This document shows, piece after piece, positions 36,262 through 47,544 of a stretch of 64,000 nt of DNA. The notes under the pieces are model-generated. The model was given only the letters and a program-made list of their open reading frames with translations, searched no databases and had not been told where the DNA came from. The DNA is taken from positions 1 to 64,000 of the forward strand of contig CDMY01000350.1 of NCBI GenBank assembly GCA_001179505.1. The letters run 5' to 3'. The position numbers were made by a program, and so were the translations under genes. Source of the stretch: Vitrella brassicaformis CCMP3155. Lineage: Eukaryota > Protista > Chromerida. Position 1 is the stretch's first letter. Each line of letters starts with the position of its first letter.

Positions 36262-38553
36262 ATGCATCTCGCTCTCATGCAGCCCTCTCCCGTCTTTCTC
36301 GCTTTCTTTCTCACAGCAGCCCATACCATCTCGCCGCCGCCAGGGAGGCAGGCGTCATCGCTTGAGCAGCCCAGCAGCAACCACAGCAGCAGCAGCAGCA
36401 GCAGCAGCAGGAGCAGCCTGTTTCGGTCGTTTGTGGTGCGGAAGGCTGACGATGTGCACGTGGCGAGCTCTGGCTGGGGATGGGACGTGAGTGTGCGGAT
36501 GGACGGAGAGGGCATGAGCGAAGATTTGTACCTGGTCGTCAAGGACAAGACGCATCGGCGGCATGGCGCCGATGCATGTGATGCGCCGGCCACCCAGGAC
36601 GCTGTGTGGGGTGAGCAAAGGACACGGGAATGGCACCATACCTTATCACGTGTGGATGTCTGTCTGTGTGTCTGTCTGCGTGTGTGTGTGTGTGTGTGCA
36701 GGTCAGACCCCTTCTCGCGTGTCGGAGGACCGTCGCTCGGCCTCGTTCCATCTGCACAAGCAGTCCAACAGCGAGTTCGGCCAATCCTTCATTCTCTGTC
36801 TGTACCAGTCCGTCAAGGCCGACGGTGGCGGCATCATGCTGTCCGAGAGCGTCCGCATCCCCTCTCTCAGCCTGCCCGAGCCACGGCTGACCACACCAGT
36901 GGCGATGAACGTGTCCTCTGTGGCCTTCCGGCTGCCCCTTGTGGCACATGGGCTCACCGAGTACACTATATTGTCGCTCAAGCCTTTTGAAATAGGTCAA
37001 AACACGCCCACAGACGTTGCTCTCTGTCTGGTCACATGACTCTCCGCCTGTGTGACGATGCAGGCTGCGGTAGCGATTACCACTCCTACAGCCTGGCGTG
37101 GCGGTCGGGCCACCCGGCCTCACTCAGACCCACCCACCTCCCACATGCAGCAGCGGCCTTCATGAGCACCATCATGCGCGGCCTCTGGGGGGCCGGCGGC
37201 AGGGGGGGCGATTCGAGCGTCGACGCGGCGGCGGACGGCGGGATGAGGAAGTACGTGTTTGATTTCGACGCTAAGGGCAGAGAGGCCGACGCCAAGAACA
37301 AGCAGTTTGCCATATGCCTCTTCCGTGAGCCCACCCGACCTTCACGCGATGGATGCAATGCACCCGCATGTGCGCTTCACGCTGCTCTGCAGGTCATTCA
37401 TTCGACCATGAGCCCCTCTCTGTCGGCACCATATTGGTCAAGCCGACCCGCTCCGGCCGTTCCATGATGCTGGCGCTGTTTTGGGTGGCCATGGTGCTGT
37501 CTGTGGCCCTCCTGCTGGGCGGAGTGGGCTTCCTCTCAGCAGTGGGGGGCAAAGAGCCCACCGCACGACCGAGCAGACGACGCGCCAGACATCAGGTGGG
37601 TGCCTGATGACGGACATACTTGGGGGTCACGTGTGATGTGCTGTGCCATGTGCGTACGTGTTGCAGTCCCGACGTAGTGAGAATGCCGGGGTGGGCGACT
37701 CGCCAACACAGCCCAAGAAGTAAGAAAAGGCGCGACGGAGAGGGGAGGGAGAGAGAGAGAAGCACAGCCACCTCATGACCCTGTCACCTTGTTCCATCTG
37801 CCCAGGTCCAAGCTCTGCCACCGTCGCCACGGCCACACGACCAGCTCCCGATCGCACTCCAACCAGTCGCAGGGCATCCAGAAGGAGTGGATCCAGGTCG
37901 ACTCCTCCAGCCTCTACGACTCCCTCCCCTCACCCACCACCGTCAACCGGTCCACCAGCGGCGGCCTCCCTGGCCTCGCACCCTCGTCGTCGGCAGAGTT
38001 CCGCAGCTGCCAGTCGTCACCCCTCAACAGGGGAGGGGACAGTGACGGCCCCACCCCCACAGCTATATTGGCGCAGAACCTGCAGGCCACTGAGGCGGCA
38101 GAGAGGGGGAGAGGCGGCAATGGCAGCAGCAGCAACAGCAACAGTACGCCGTTTCGTCTCGGCTCGCTGCTCTTCGGCAGCCACCAGCAGCAGCAGCAGC
38201 AGCAGGGTAGGAAGGGCAAGGACGTCAAGCGTCCGATATCGACCGCCATGGCCCCAGCCAGCAGCACCAACACCCGCACCCGGACGAGCACCATCATCAA
38301 CAACGACCGATTCGCCGCCCCGCACATGCGTTTCGCCGCCAACAACAGCCTCAACATCAGCACGGGCGGCCTGAGTGTGCGGTCGGGTGATGGGGGTGAG
38401 GGTGACGAGGGCGACTGGTCCACAGTGGGCGACGACAGCAGTCTGGGCGGCCGCAGCCCACTGCCGCCGATGGACGATGCTGCGTCGGGGAGCTCCAGCA
38501 GATGGGGCGCACCAGCCAGGGGGGCGGGGGCAGTGAGGGAAACACGCCTGTGA
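36262..38553 (+). CDS. Hypothetical type I membrane protein (signal peptide, luminal domain, one TM helix, low-complexity Ser/Gln-rich tail)
   Basis: N-terminal hydrophobic MHLALMQPSPVFLAFFLTAA and TM segment MMLALFWVAMVLSVALLLGGVGFL. Exons join in phase via a small exon at about 37668-37720 to the terminal ORF ending 38553. Confidence 0.6.
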
Positions 38554-39622
38554 TGATATTATTCCATCCATACATGCACACATTGAGAGAGGGAGGGAGG
38601 GAGAGAGGGAGGGAGGGAGGGTTCATCTTCTGGGTGGGTTCGCTTCATACATCTTGCTGGCTGGTTTACAGTGTGTCCACACACACATATATATGTATGT
38701 ATGTATGCGTATACGTACCGCCAATATGTATACACGTGCACGCGGCCCTCGTGTACACACGTTGGTGTCTGTCTGCCAAATGTGGTTGGTGTTTGATTGG
38801 ATTGGTTCATCCACGAGGGCGACTGCCTAGCCACATCCATCCATCCATCCATCGAATCGACCAGCTCAGCGAGGCCCTGTCCATCCAGGCCACCTGCAAA
38901 TGAAGCATGTACAGGGACGATACACGTACGACAGAGGGAGGGAGGGAGGGAGAGAGGGGGAGAGGGAGGCCTGCTTAGACGTGTGTGTATGCCATGTCTG
39001 TATGTCTGCAGCATGGATGTGGCCATGGATGTGTGTGTGTGTGTGTATAAGTACAACATTCATCCTTGCAGACAGACAGACAGACAGACAGACGTTCGTG
39101 TGTGGGTGCTGCTGCTGCGTGTGACAACTTGCTTTCCTGTCTGCCTTCCTGTGTCGATAGCAGCTGCTCATCTACGCCTGTCCGTCCGTCTGGCCCTCCT
39201 CGCGATGCGTGTGTTTTGAAGTCTCGATGCATGTGTATGTGTCTGTCGCGTGCTGCTGCTTTAGTGCGTGTGTGTGCTGTTCGTTTCTGCCTGACACGTG
39301 CGGGCTGCCCGACAATTTTGCTGTGCGTGTTGTCTGGCTGCTTGCCTTCGTGTTTGATTGGCTGCTTGGGCGGCTGTGTACATCTATCTGATTAGTCTTT
39401 TCTGCCCGTCACGTCGCTGCCTAGTCGTCCTCATTGTGTTGTGTGGGTGGGTGTTGTATGTATCGGCGGCAGAGTGCCGTTGATGACTAGATGTGCATAT
39501 GCTGGCGCGCCGAATGCGGCGCGGACGTCCGGGTGTACGGAACAGCTTGGTGCGATGATTGCGATCCATTAGTGCTGTCAAAGCTCGCAAATCAGAACCG
39601 CTCTCTCTCAGCAGCCTGACTA

Positions 39623-41336
39623 ATGCCGTCAGACAGATCACGGTGCGTGGGCAGTGAATGAATGAACGAGTCACAAGATCTGTGTATTGTCCGCCATCAG
39701 ATACACGTTTGACGATTTGGGCACCGATGGGGAGATCCACGCCATCATCCCCATCGCCGACCACATCAAGGTCACTGACGCACAGACACAAACAAAGGCA
39801 CACACACAGAAACACAGAGATCTGTCAATAGTTGCCTGCACATCCTATCTCTGTGATCTCTCTCTGCTGCGGCCGTGCATCAGGCCAAGGACATGGCCAT
39901 CGACATCCACAGCTCCAGGCTGAAAGTGGCCATCAAGAGCGAGAACACACCTATCATGGTACGGTGCGACAGATGGCAACCACGAACACACGTGTGTGAG
40001 TGCAAGCCGTTTGCGAATTAATGACCCCCAGGATGATTCGCTGTGGGCCAAGGTCAATGCCGACGACAGCTACTGGGAGATCGACACTGTCGAGGGAAAG
40101 GGTACGTGTCTGCACACGAGCAATGATCAACGCACCGGGTGTGGTGTGGTATGTATGGTGTGTCTGTCTGCGGCGTGCCTGTAGGTCGTGTGGTTCGTGT
40201 GGTCCTCAAGAAGGTGCAGGCGTACACCAACTGGGAGTACCTCCTCAAATGCGACGAAGTCCCGCCAGACACCACCGTCACACACAAGGTCAGACATCGG
40301 TTCACACACACTTACACACACACACACACGCAGACGCCTTTCTGTCTGTCTGTCTGTCTGCGTGTAGGTGTATTTCGATATATCGCTCGACGACGAGCCG
40401 GCCGGGAGGGTACTCATGGGCCTCTACGGCAACCAGTGCCCAAAAACAGGTAGGTATCCACCGATCCATTGCGCCTTCATGTGTCCTGTGCGTGGATTCA
40501 GTCGAGAACTTCCGCGCACTGTGTGTGGGCGACCGCACGAGCGAGGACGGCACGCCGCTCAAGTACAAGGGCTCATTCTTCCACAGAATCATCCCCGGCT
40601 TCATGTGCCAGGCAACCATACACACATGCACACACGCACACACACACAGACGACACACACGTGCATTTGTGGTGCAGGGCGGCGACTTCACAAAGAATGA
40701 CGGCACCGGTGGTCTGTCCATCTATGGGGAGAAGTTTGCTGACGAGGACTTCGGCATCAAACACACACACGGGGGCCAATTGTCAATGGCCAACGCAGGA
40801 CCCAATACCAACGGCAGCCAGGTACGCACCCACACAGACTCACACACGTCGTTTCTCGCCTTGAGTGCCACAAACCAATCTGTCTGTCTGTCTGTCTGTC
40901 TGTCTGTGATGTCATTCATTCATGTGTGTGCAGTTCTTCATCACTGTGACGGAGTGTCCCCACCTGGACAAGAAGCATGTCGTCTTCGGGCACGTCATCG
41001 ACGGATTCGACACCGTCGTCAAACAAATGGAGGCCGTAAGCTGACAGACAGACACACACTGGTCTGGTGCCCCCACTTGCACCAGGGAGTGCACCGTGAC
41101 ATGTGCTGTGTCGACAGTGCGGTGCATCGGACGGGAGCACGAGCAAGAAGGTGGTGATCGCCGACTGTGGTGAGTCTGACGATCACCAAGAGAACTGAAT
41201 GCAGCCATGGCAGGCAGGCAGGCAGGCAGGCAGGCAGAGAGAGATACATAGAGCGGCCAGGCTGGGCAGCTGTGACGTACCATGTCCAGGGACTCTTGTT
41301 TGTCTGTCGTGTGTTTAGGTGAGTTGACTGAGTGAA
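39623..41336 (+). CDS. Cyclophilin-type peptidyl-prolyl isomerase with an N-terminal CS (p23/NudC-like) domain
   Basis: [68 protein letters not shown] (CS-like). Then [70 protein letters not shown]. Confidence 0.92.
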
Positions 41337-41598
41337 GTGCGTGCCTTTATAGGGGCTGCCGTGCCGAGTAGCACTTCCATGCGTAATAGTGCATGCGTGA
41401 CGTAAACCGGCCGACCAACACAGACCCATTCATGCATTCATCATGTGTGAATGTCACTCATCGCACGCAGCAATCCAATCCAGCACGGCCACACACGCAC
41501 ACCAGCCACCCAATATAAGCCATCCATGGCCATCCATCTGTGTGTATGCTCCGTCCGCACAGCCAGCACACGCATCTACCACCGGCCAAACTACCCTT

Positions 41599-42090
41599 TC
41601 AGTGTGCCCCCTCTCCCTCTCCCTCCTTGTTGCCCTCCTTCGCGTCGCTATCGGCCATGACGGCGTCGCCTTCGTCACCACCCTCGTCGGCGGCCTCGCT
41701 GTTGGCCTGCCCCAGCAGCTCCTCGAACGCACGACACACCACCGGCAACTCGCCCTTGGCACCATCTGCACCAATATCCATCCGCCCACCCACACATGCC
41801 AGGCGTCATCCATCCATTCTCATCAAAATTGTGAACTCACCTGAGAGGTTGACGTTTCCGTCGATGAGGTCGCCGATTTTGATATCCTTGATCTCTGTGG
41901 GTAGGATGCCCAGCCAGTGCTGCTTGCGGATGAGAAGGTTGAGCCGCTGGTCCTCGGCCGCCATCCTCAGCCCACGCTCCAACGCCTCGAGCATCATCTC
42001 GCCGTACGCACGCTGAATGGGATTGATCGTGGTCTCGTCTGCCGCTGCAGCAGCCATCGGATGGTCTCCTGATGCCGCAGCAGCTGCCAT
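41599..42090 (-). CDS. Small two-exon hypothetical protein (about 138 aa, acidic tail)
   Basis: Exon 1 (42090-41841) splices GT-AG in phase to exon 2 (41765-41599): MAAAAASGDHP...QRAYGEMMLEALERGLRMAAEDQRLNLLIRKQHWLGILP...DGAKGELPVVCRAFEELLG... Confidence 0.6.
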
Positions 42091-42190
42091 TCGCCCTTCT
42101 AAAACTCCTGGCCGTGGCCAGGCTATCGGCGAGGGTGTGCGAGCTGAAGCTGAAGTGTTCTCCTTTGCCAGCTTTCGCGGCGTTTCAGCG

Positions 42191-42516
42191 ATGAATGGCT
42201 CATCATCCAACAGCAAGGGCACGGCAGGCATCAGCAGCAAGCAGGCAGACAAGATCTGTCACGGAGCCATGCTGCTGAATGCGGGCGGGTCGGTCATGGC
42301 GTTCCCGCGTGATTCGCTGCTTCACGATGAGCTGAAGGGCACCTGCCTGGCTGTGCTTCTTCATCGCTTCGACAGCTGGATGCTCACAGATACTACCGGC
42401 ATTCACTTCATCGACACAGACCCGTTCTACTTCATCTGGTGCGAGAGAAGCAACATACATGTACACTCCCACTGCCACTGTTCGCTTTGAGACTCTCGTC
42501 TGTCTGTCTGTCTGCG

Positions 42517-42548
<32 letters not shown>

Positions 42549-44704
42549 GTGCTAGGTTGGCTGTCAAGCTTCGTTACCTGAGGGACAACCGCATCGACGT
42601 GAGTGAGATCTGTGAGGGCTGCCCCTCTGCATTCGCCTTCTACCACGACCGATTCTTGGCCAAGACGGACCTCACAATCGAGCCGCAGACCGGCGACGAC
42701 AAGAGTGATGCCTTCCGCGGCTTCATAGCTGAGATGAGGGCCTTCATCGACTCATCAGTGGCGGGCGGGAAGGGCGGGAGTGAGGTGCTGAGCGTGTGTG
42801 TGGATGGCTGTGCGGTGGCCACAACCGACGCCACGCTGGACGACTTCACCGCACTCTACAACCGATTCACCAAGTGAGAGAGTTCTGAGGCAGGGAGCCA
42901 CACTGGGACGATTGTGCGGCCGTCTATGTGTGCAGGCTCACTGGGCCGGTCATCGACGTATCTGCGGACCACCTCCGCAAGTAAGACGACAGACAGCAGG
43001 CAGATCTGCCAAGGGATGGATATATGTGTGTTTTGTGTGGTATTGTGCAGGATCGTCGATTACCTTCGTCGCATTCGCATCGCCCCCGACGCCGCCACGC
43101 CGCTGCCTACGAGCAGTTCTTTCGACGAGCTGCTTTACGCGTGTGAGATGTACGGCCTCATGGAGCAGGTGTACCTCTCGATGATCGGCAAGTCCCACAG
43201 CCACATCAAATGCATCCTCAAGTGAGTCGCAGACCATACACAAACAGCACAGGGGCGGGAGAGATCTGACATGGCATCCCTTCTGTTTTCTGTGTGTGTC
43301 ATCAGGAGTTCCCATGACGATTGTGAGTTTGAGACGTTGGTGCAGCGGGCAGAGGGTCTGCAAGGTGGCCTGCTGTTCGTCATCGAGTGTGAGCATGAGA
43401 CCCGCCGCCACCGCTTCGCCTGCCACGTTGACGGCCCCCTCATCGCCCCGTCAGACCCCAAAGCTGAGCTGCGCACCGGCCGCCCCGTCGCCTTCTACTC
43501 CATAAGCGGCGCGTTCAAGGAGGGCGATGGTATCGTCATGATCGCCGTGCCACACGACTGGCAAAATGTGGACGTCGCAGGCATACAGGGGGCGGTCAAC
43601 GACGGCATGGGTGTGCCTCGTGGCAAGGTGGCCATCGGTGGCGGTCGGCTGTAGCTGGGGTGTGCGGAGGATGGGCAGCCGGTGAGCGACCTTCGCCACT
43701 GCCAGCAGTGGCTGCGGACGGGCGACCTGCCTGACGGCAAGACGTATCGGGGCAGCTTCGATGGCGACGGACGGACCACGTTGGCCGGCAGCCGTGACTT
43801 TACCTCCACACGACTGGAGATCTACCAGGTCAGACACACACATCGATGGCAGGGGGCGCTGAATGCACCTATGGGTCGTTGTCTTTCTGTGTGTACGTGC
43901 AGGTGTGGAGCACTCGTCCTGCTGACCCCATCCTCTCAGCCGACGGCCTCCAGGCACTCATCAAAATGACGAGCGACGCCACAATGACCGGAAAGCTGCT
44001 CTACAAGTGAGGGAGCCAACGAATAAGTGACAGCGCTGTGATCTCGTCGGTGCATTGTCTGTCTGTCTGTCTGTCTCTCTGTTCGTGTGCCTGTCAGGGG
44101 TGAGCGTGACGGCTGGGCGCACAAGACCATGATGGCCAAGGTGGGCAAGGCGGCCGACCTGCTCTTCGTCATCAAGGACATGGGCGGCCACGTCCTCGCC
44201 TCCCACCTCAAGAGGCAGCTCAAGCTGCCAGACAACCCCACTGACGTGGAGAGGACCATCAACTGCCCCGTCACCTTCTACTCGATCAGCGGCGCATTCG
44301 AGGAGGGAGACGGCATCGTCAAGATCGCCGTGCCCAACAACTGGCAGTGGGTGGTGGTTGCCGGGACGGAGGCGGAGGTCACGAGCAGCCAGGGTGTGCC
44401 TCGTGGCAGTGTGTGCATCGGTGGCGGCCGGCTGTGGCTGGGGATTGGGAAGAATGGGCAGCCGGCTGGCGACATGCGGCTCTGCCAGCAGTGGCTGAGG
44501 AGGAGTGATCTGCCCGACGGCAAGACGTATCGGGGCGACTTCAATGACGACGGGCAGGCCACGTTGGCGGCCACTCTCAGCTTCACGTGTGCCGATATTG
44601 AAATCTACACTCTGCAGGTGAGAGGGGCAAGAGTGAGGGAGGGAAGAAGACGAAGCCACACATGAATGTCTCGATGTGTTCAGGCGTCGGAGGGCAGTGG
44701 CTGA
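42191..44704 (+). pseudogene. BTB/POZ (KCTD-type) x2 plus TLDc-like x2 gene, with an in-frame TAG at 43652-43654
   Basis: LLNAGGSVMAFPRDSL...IHFIDTDPFYFIWLAVKLRYLR (T1/BTB) and a second BTB-like segment (LRKIVDYLRR..ELLYACEMYGL). Two paralogous TLDc-like repeats follow (LLYKGERDGW..LLFVIKD..FYSISGAF..GGGRLWLG..LEIY). The first repeat reads GGGRL*LG. Confidence 0.75.
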
Positions 44705-45550
44705 ATGCGGTGGTGTGACGTCGCGCTCTGCCAGTCGACGTAAGAGCTGTTTAGGGGTGGGGGAGAAGCTGATGGTCGGCAGGGGGGTAAGTGGTCGTCG
44801 TGTGTGTGGGAGGATGGGTATGTATGTATTTGACTAGCTCGTGCGGTGCGTGCATTTGACCTCCCTGCTATGTGTATATCAATCGGCAGACAATCGGCCC
44901 TTGAGATGATTCTGGCTATCGCAATTGCAAGCTTGGTGCATGAGTCCGCGTATGGGTGACCTGACAAGGGTTTGCGTCATCATTGCTTGTCTGCCTTGCC
45001 TGCCTGCGTGCTGTAGACTTCATTGAGCGGGAAGGAACACACACATTCGTCCCGGCTGTGTCCGTGCGTCCGTGTGTGCACGAGGTGTCGGTCCATGTTG
45101 TACATGCATGTATGGATACGGATGGCGCTCCGATTCGCGCTTCTCGTGTGATGATGGTTTAGATCTCCCCCTCCCTCCCTGTCTCTCTGTCTGCCTCTCT
45201 GTCTGTCCATCTTCATCTCCATCTGTCTCTGGCTGTGTATACATACGCTCCTTGTCCATCTCCCTCCCTCCCTCCCTGCCTCCCTCTTCATGGCGGATAC
45301 ATGCGCATTTTATGCTGCCTGGATGGACTTGCCGTGCATCGCCCATCAAGGCACTCCATGGATGGCATCGCATCAGTCGGCATGAACAGGCAAGTCAGTC
45401 AGTCAGTCAGTCAGTCAGTCGTACCCGCGCCCGAGACGGGACGTCATGATGCAATAGCAAGCGCCAGACATCGACACCAGGGTGCCATAGGGAATTCTGG
45501 CCAACTCGGCATCATCATGGTGCCTTGTCGTGTCCCGCATACGCTCGCCG

Positions 45551-45633
45551 GGTGACATGTCCGAGTGGTCTAAGGAGCCAGACTCAAGTTCTGGTAGACC
45601 TAGTCTGCGTGAGTTCGAACCTCACTGTCACCA
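45551..45633 (+). tRNA. trnL-CAA: tRNA-Leu(CAA), intronless, long variable arm
   Basis: Acceptor stem GGTGACA/TGTCACC with discriminator A. D arm TCCGAGTGGTCTAAGGA, anticodon arm CCAGA-CTCAAGT-TCTGG, variable arm TAGACCTAGTCTGC, T arm GTGAG-TTCGAAC-CTCAC. Confidence 0.95.
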
Positions 45634-45644
45634 TGCTCAAACAC

Positions 45645-45676
45645 CTAGGGTTAGGGTTTATAGGGTGTAGGGTTTT
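45645..45676 (+). repeat. Degenerate telomere-like TTAGGG array / G-quadruplex motif ending in TTTT (putative Pol III terminator)
   Basis: CTAGGG TTAGGG TTTATAGGG TGTAGGG TTTT begins 12 nt after the tRNA. Confidence 0.8.
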
Positions 45677-46020
45677 GGTGAGTTGGGGAGAGGAACCTCC
45701 GGCCGTATCGTTTTCCCAGGTGCTGTTGATCCCGTGCAGCTTCACTGCATCGCCGCACGTGCCATCATTGATTGACTCACTGACAGTCACTCACATCGGT
45801 GAGCGAAGGACATGATGCATGGCCATCGCGTGACAATTTTGTTATGCAGGCTTGGTTGGCTTCCTGAGCTGCCATCGCCTCTCATTGCCAGCGGCATCAA
45901 AACCGTTGAGTCATCAGCACAGGTGAGGAAGCAACACAAAGCAAACGAATGAACACACCAGTCTGGCACCGTCTGCATCTTATTGCCTGTTTGCCGTTGG
46001 TCCAGATCACTCACTCACCC

Positions 46021-47115
46021 ATGGCGTCCGAGTCGGTACCCTCCCTGTGGTCCATAGCACTCAAGAAGACAGCACACATGCTCGATGACACCGCCAAGCG
46101 GCCGACACTCCTCACCCGTATCGAAAGGCAGCCGCCCACAGAGATCCCCAGGGGCATCACTCTACCGACCGTCCTGGGACAGCGGATCGAGAAGGCCATG
46201 GACCGCGACGACCTTCGTGGCGTTCTGGTCCTTGATATTTCTGACGTGGCCGGGGCCATCAAGACCGTCCACGTGCTGGAGAGATGCAGCGGCCACTGGC
46301 AGATGATGAAGACGTTCCTTCGGCTGGCCGCCGTCCATCGGCTGACCCCCGCCAACGCCACACCGCCCCTGCGGCTCTCGGCTGAGTCGCTGCCCGCCAC
46401 GACGGCATTCGATCAGATGCCCCTCGCTATGGCTTTATACGCGACAATCGGACAGCAGCTGACACACAGAGGGACCAGCCTGGCGCTGCAGCAAGTCGAC
46501 GACGGACACTTCTGGATCGGCGATTTGCCGTTTCGTGTGGTGCCGTTGGGTAGGCTGCCGGGCGGCCATCCCTACACTAAGGGCTACACAAAGACCGACC
46601 CCCCCATATATCTACGATACAATTTCGGATGCACCAGAGACCTCTTCCCCTCATTCTCGACATTCCTGATAGCCATGCTGCTCCGCATGTGGTACCGTGC
46701 ACGGGGTGTGGGTTACAGGATGGTGCTGGGTGCAGGCATCGGCCGTGACGACCCTCGTTATCGCCGTCTGATTACCGAGCGCATCACAGAGGATTTGGGC
46801 ATCGCTGTCGACTGGCGCTACGATGGGGGCGATCTGAATGCTGCCACCCAAGTCAGTGACCATCGTCGTGTGATTGTGAGCGGCTTCCGACTCAACGAGA
46901 CCATCGCTGCCCATCTGCGGGTGGTGCGAGGCGTCATCGAGCTGTGGACGACCGAGCGACCTGCTGCCAGTCGATCTCATCCGCTCGCTGTGCGCTACCC
47001 CGTGTCGATGCCCCTGTGGGGTGCTGTGCTGCGGCGATTTGGTCTCGAACACGATGTCATTAATGGGGGGAGGGTGGCGGGGGGTCCATCAATTGGGAGC
47101 ACGCTGTCGGGATGA
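46021..47115 (+). CDS. Intronless family member, divergent class A (clearest BC-box-like N-terminus), intact, 364 aa
   Basis: MASESVPSLWSIALKKTAHM...HVLERCSGHWQMMKTFLRLAAVHRLTP... shared core ...DVINGGRVAGG. Confidence 0.85.
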   Translation: MASESVPSLWSIALKKTAHMLDDTAKRPTLLTRIERQPPTEIPRGITLPTVLGQRIEKAMDRDDLRGVLVLDISDVAGAIKTVHVLERCSGHWQMMKTFLRLAAVHRLTPANATPPLRLSAESLPATTAFDQMPLAMALYATIGQQLTHRGTSLALQQVDDGHFWIGDLPFRVVPLGRLPGGHPYTKGYTKTDPPIYLRYNFGCTRDLFPSFSTFLIAMLLRMWYRARGVGYRMVLGAGIGRDDPRYRRLITERITEDLGIAVDWRYDGGDLNAATQVSDHRRVIVSGFRLNETIAAHLRVVRGVIELWTTERPAASRSHPLAVRYPVSMPLWGAVLRRFGLEHDVINGGRVAGGPSIGSTLSG

Positions 47116-47544
47116 GGGTGCTAGATCGAGGTGATGGGTCGGCATTGGTTTGTCTGTCTGACGTGTTCGCTCTCCCGTTTCTTCTCAGTCGTCTTGTTGA
47201 TCTGACTGCCTGCGTGTGTCTGTCGCATGAATGGATGGATGGATCATGACCGATGCCAGATATCATCACTTGCTACAAATAGACGTTTATATGTAAGGTT
47301 CACCCGCGGCCTTAATTGTCTGTCGTGGCACCGGCCATATTAATCCAACCATGCAGCACGCCCTAGCACCCAACGAAGCAACCACAATCAACAACAACGT
47401 CATCAGATCGACACATACATACACCACACACAGAGAGAGGCGCGGTAGGTAGCTGGATGGATGGATGGAGACATCAAGCACACACACACACAGATGTCTG
47501 AATTACACACACACACACATACACACACATCATGGACACACACG

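Noticed and set aside
45645-45676. Telomerase RNA template or a true chromosome end
   Set aside because: There are four degenerate repeats rather than about 1.5 exact ones, the tRNA-sense strand is the G-rich strand (a template would be C-rich), and the site is internal with genes on both sides.
45949-46020. 24-aa extension of the 388-aa ORF
   Set aside because: The second ATG (46021) places the BC-box-like helix near the N-terminus, as in paralogues. The upstream codons look like UTR.
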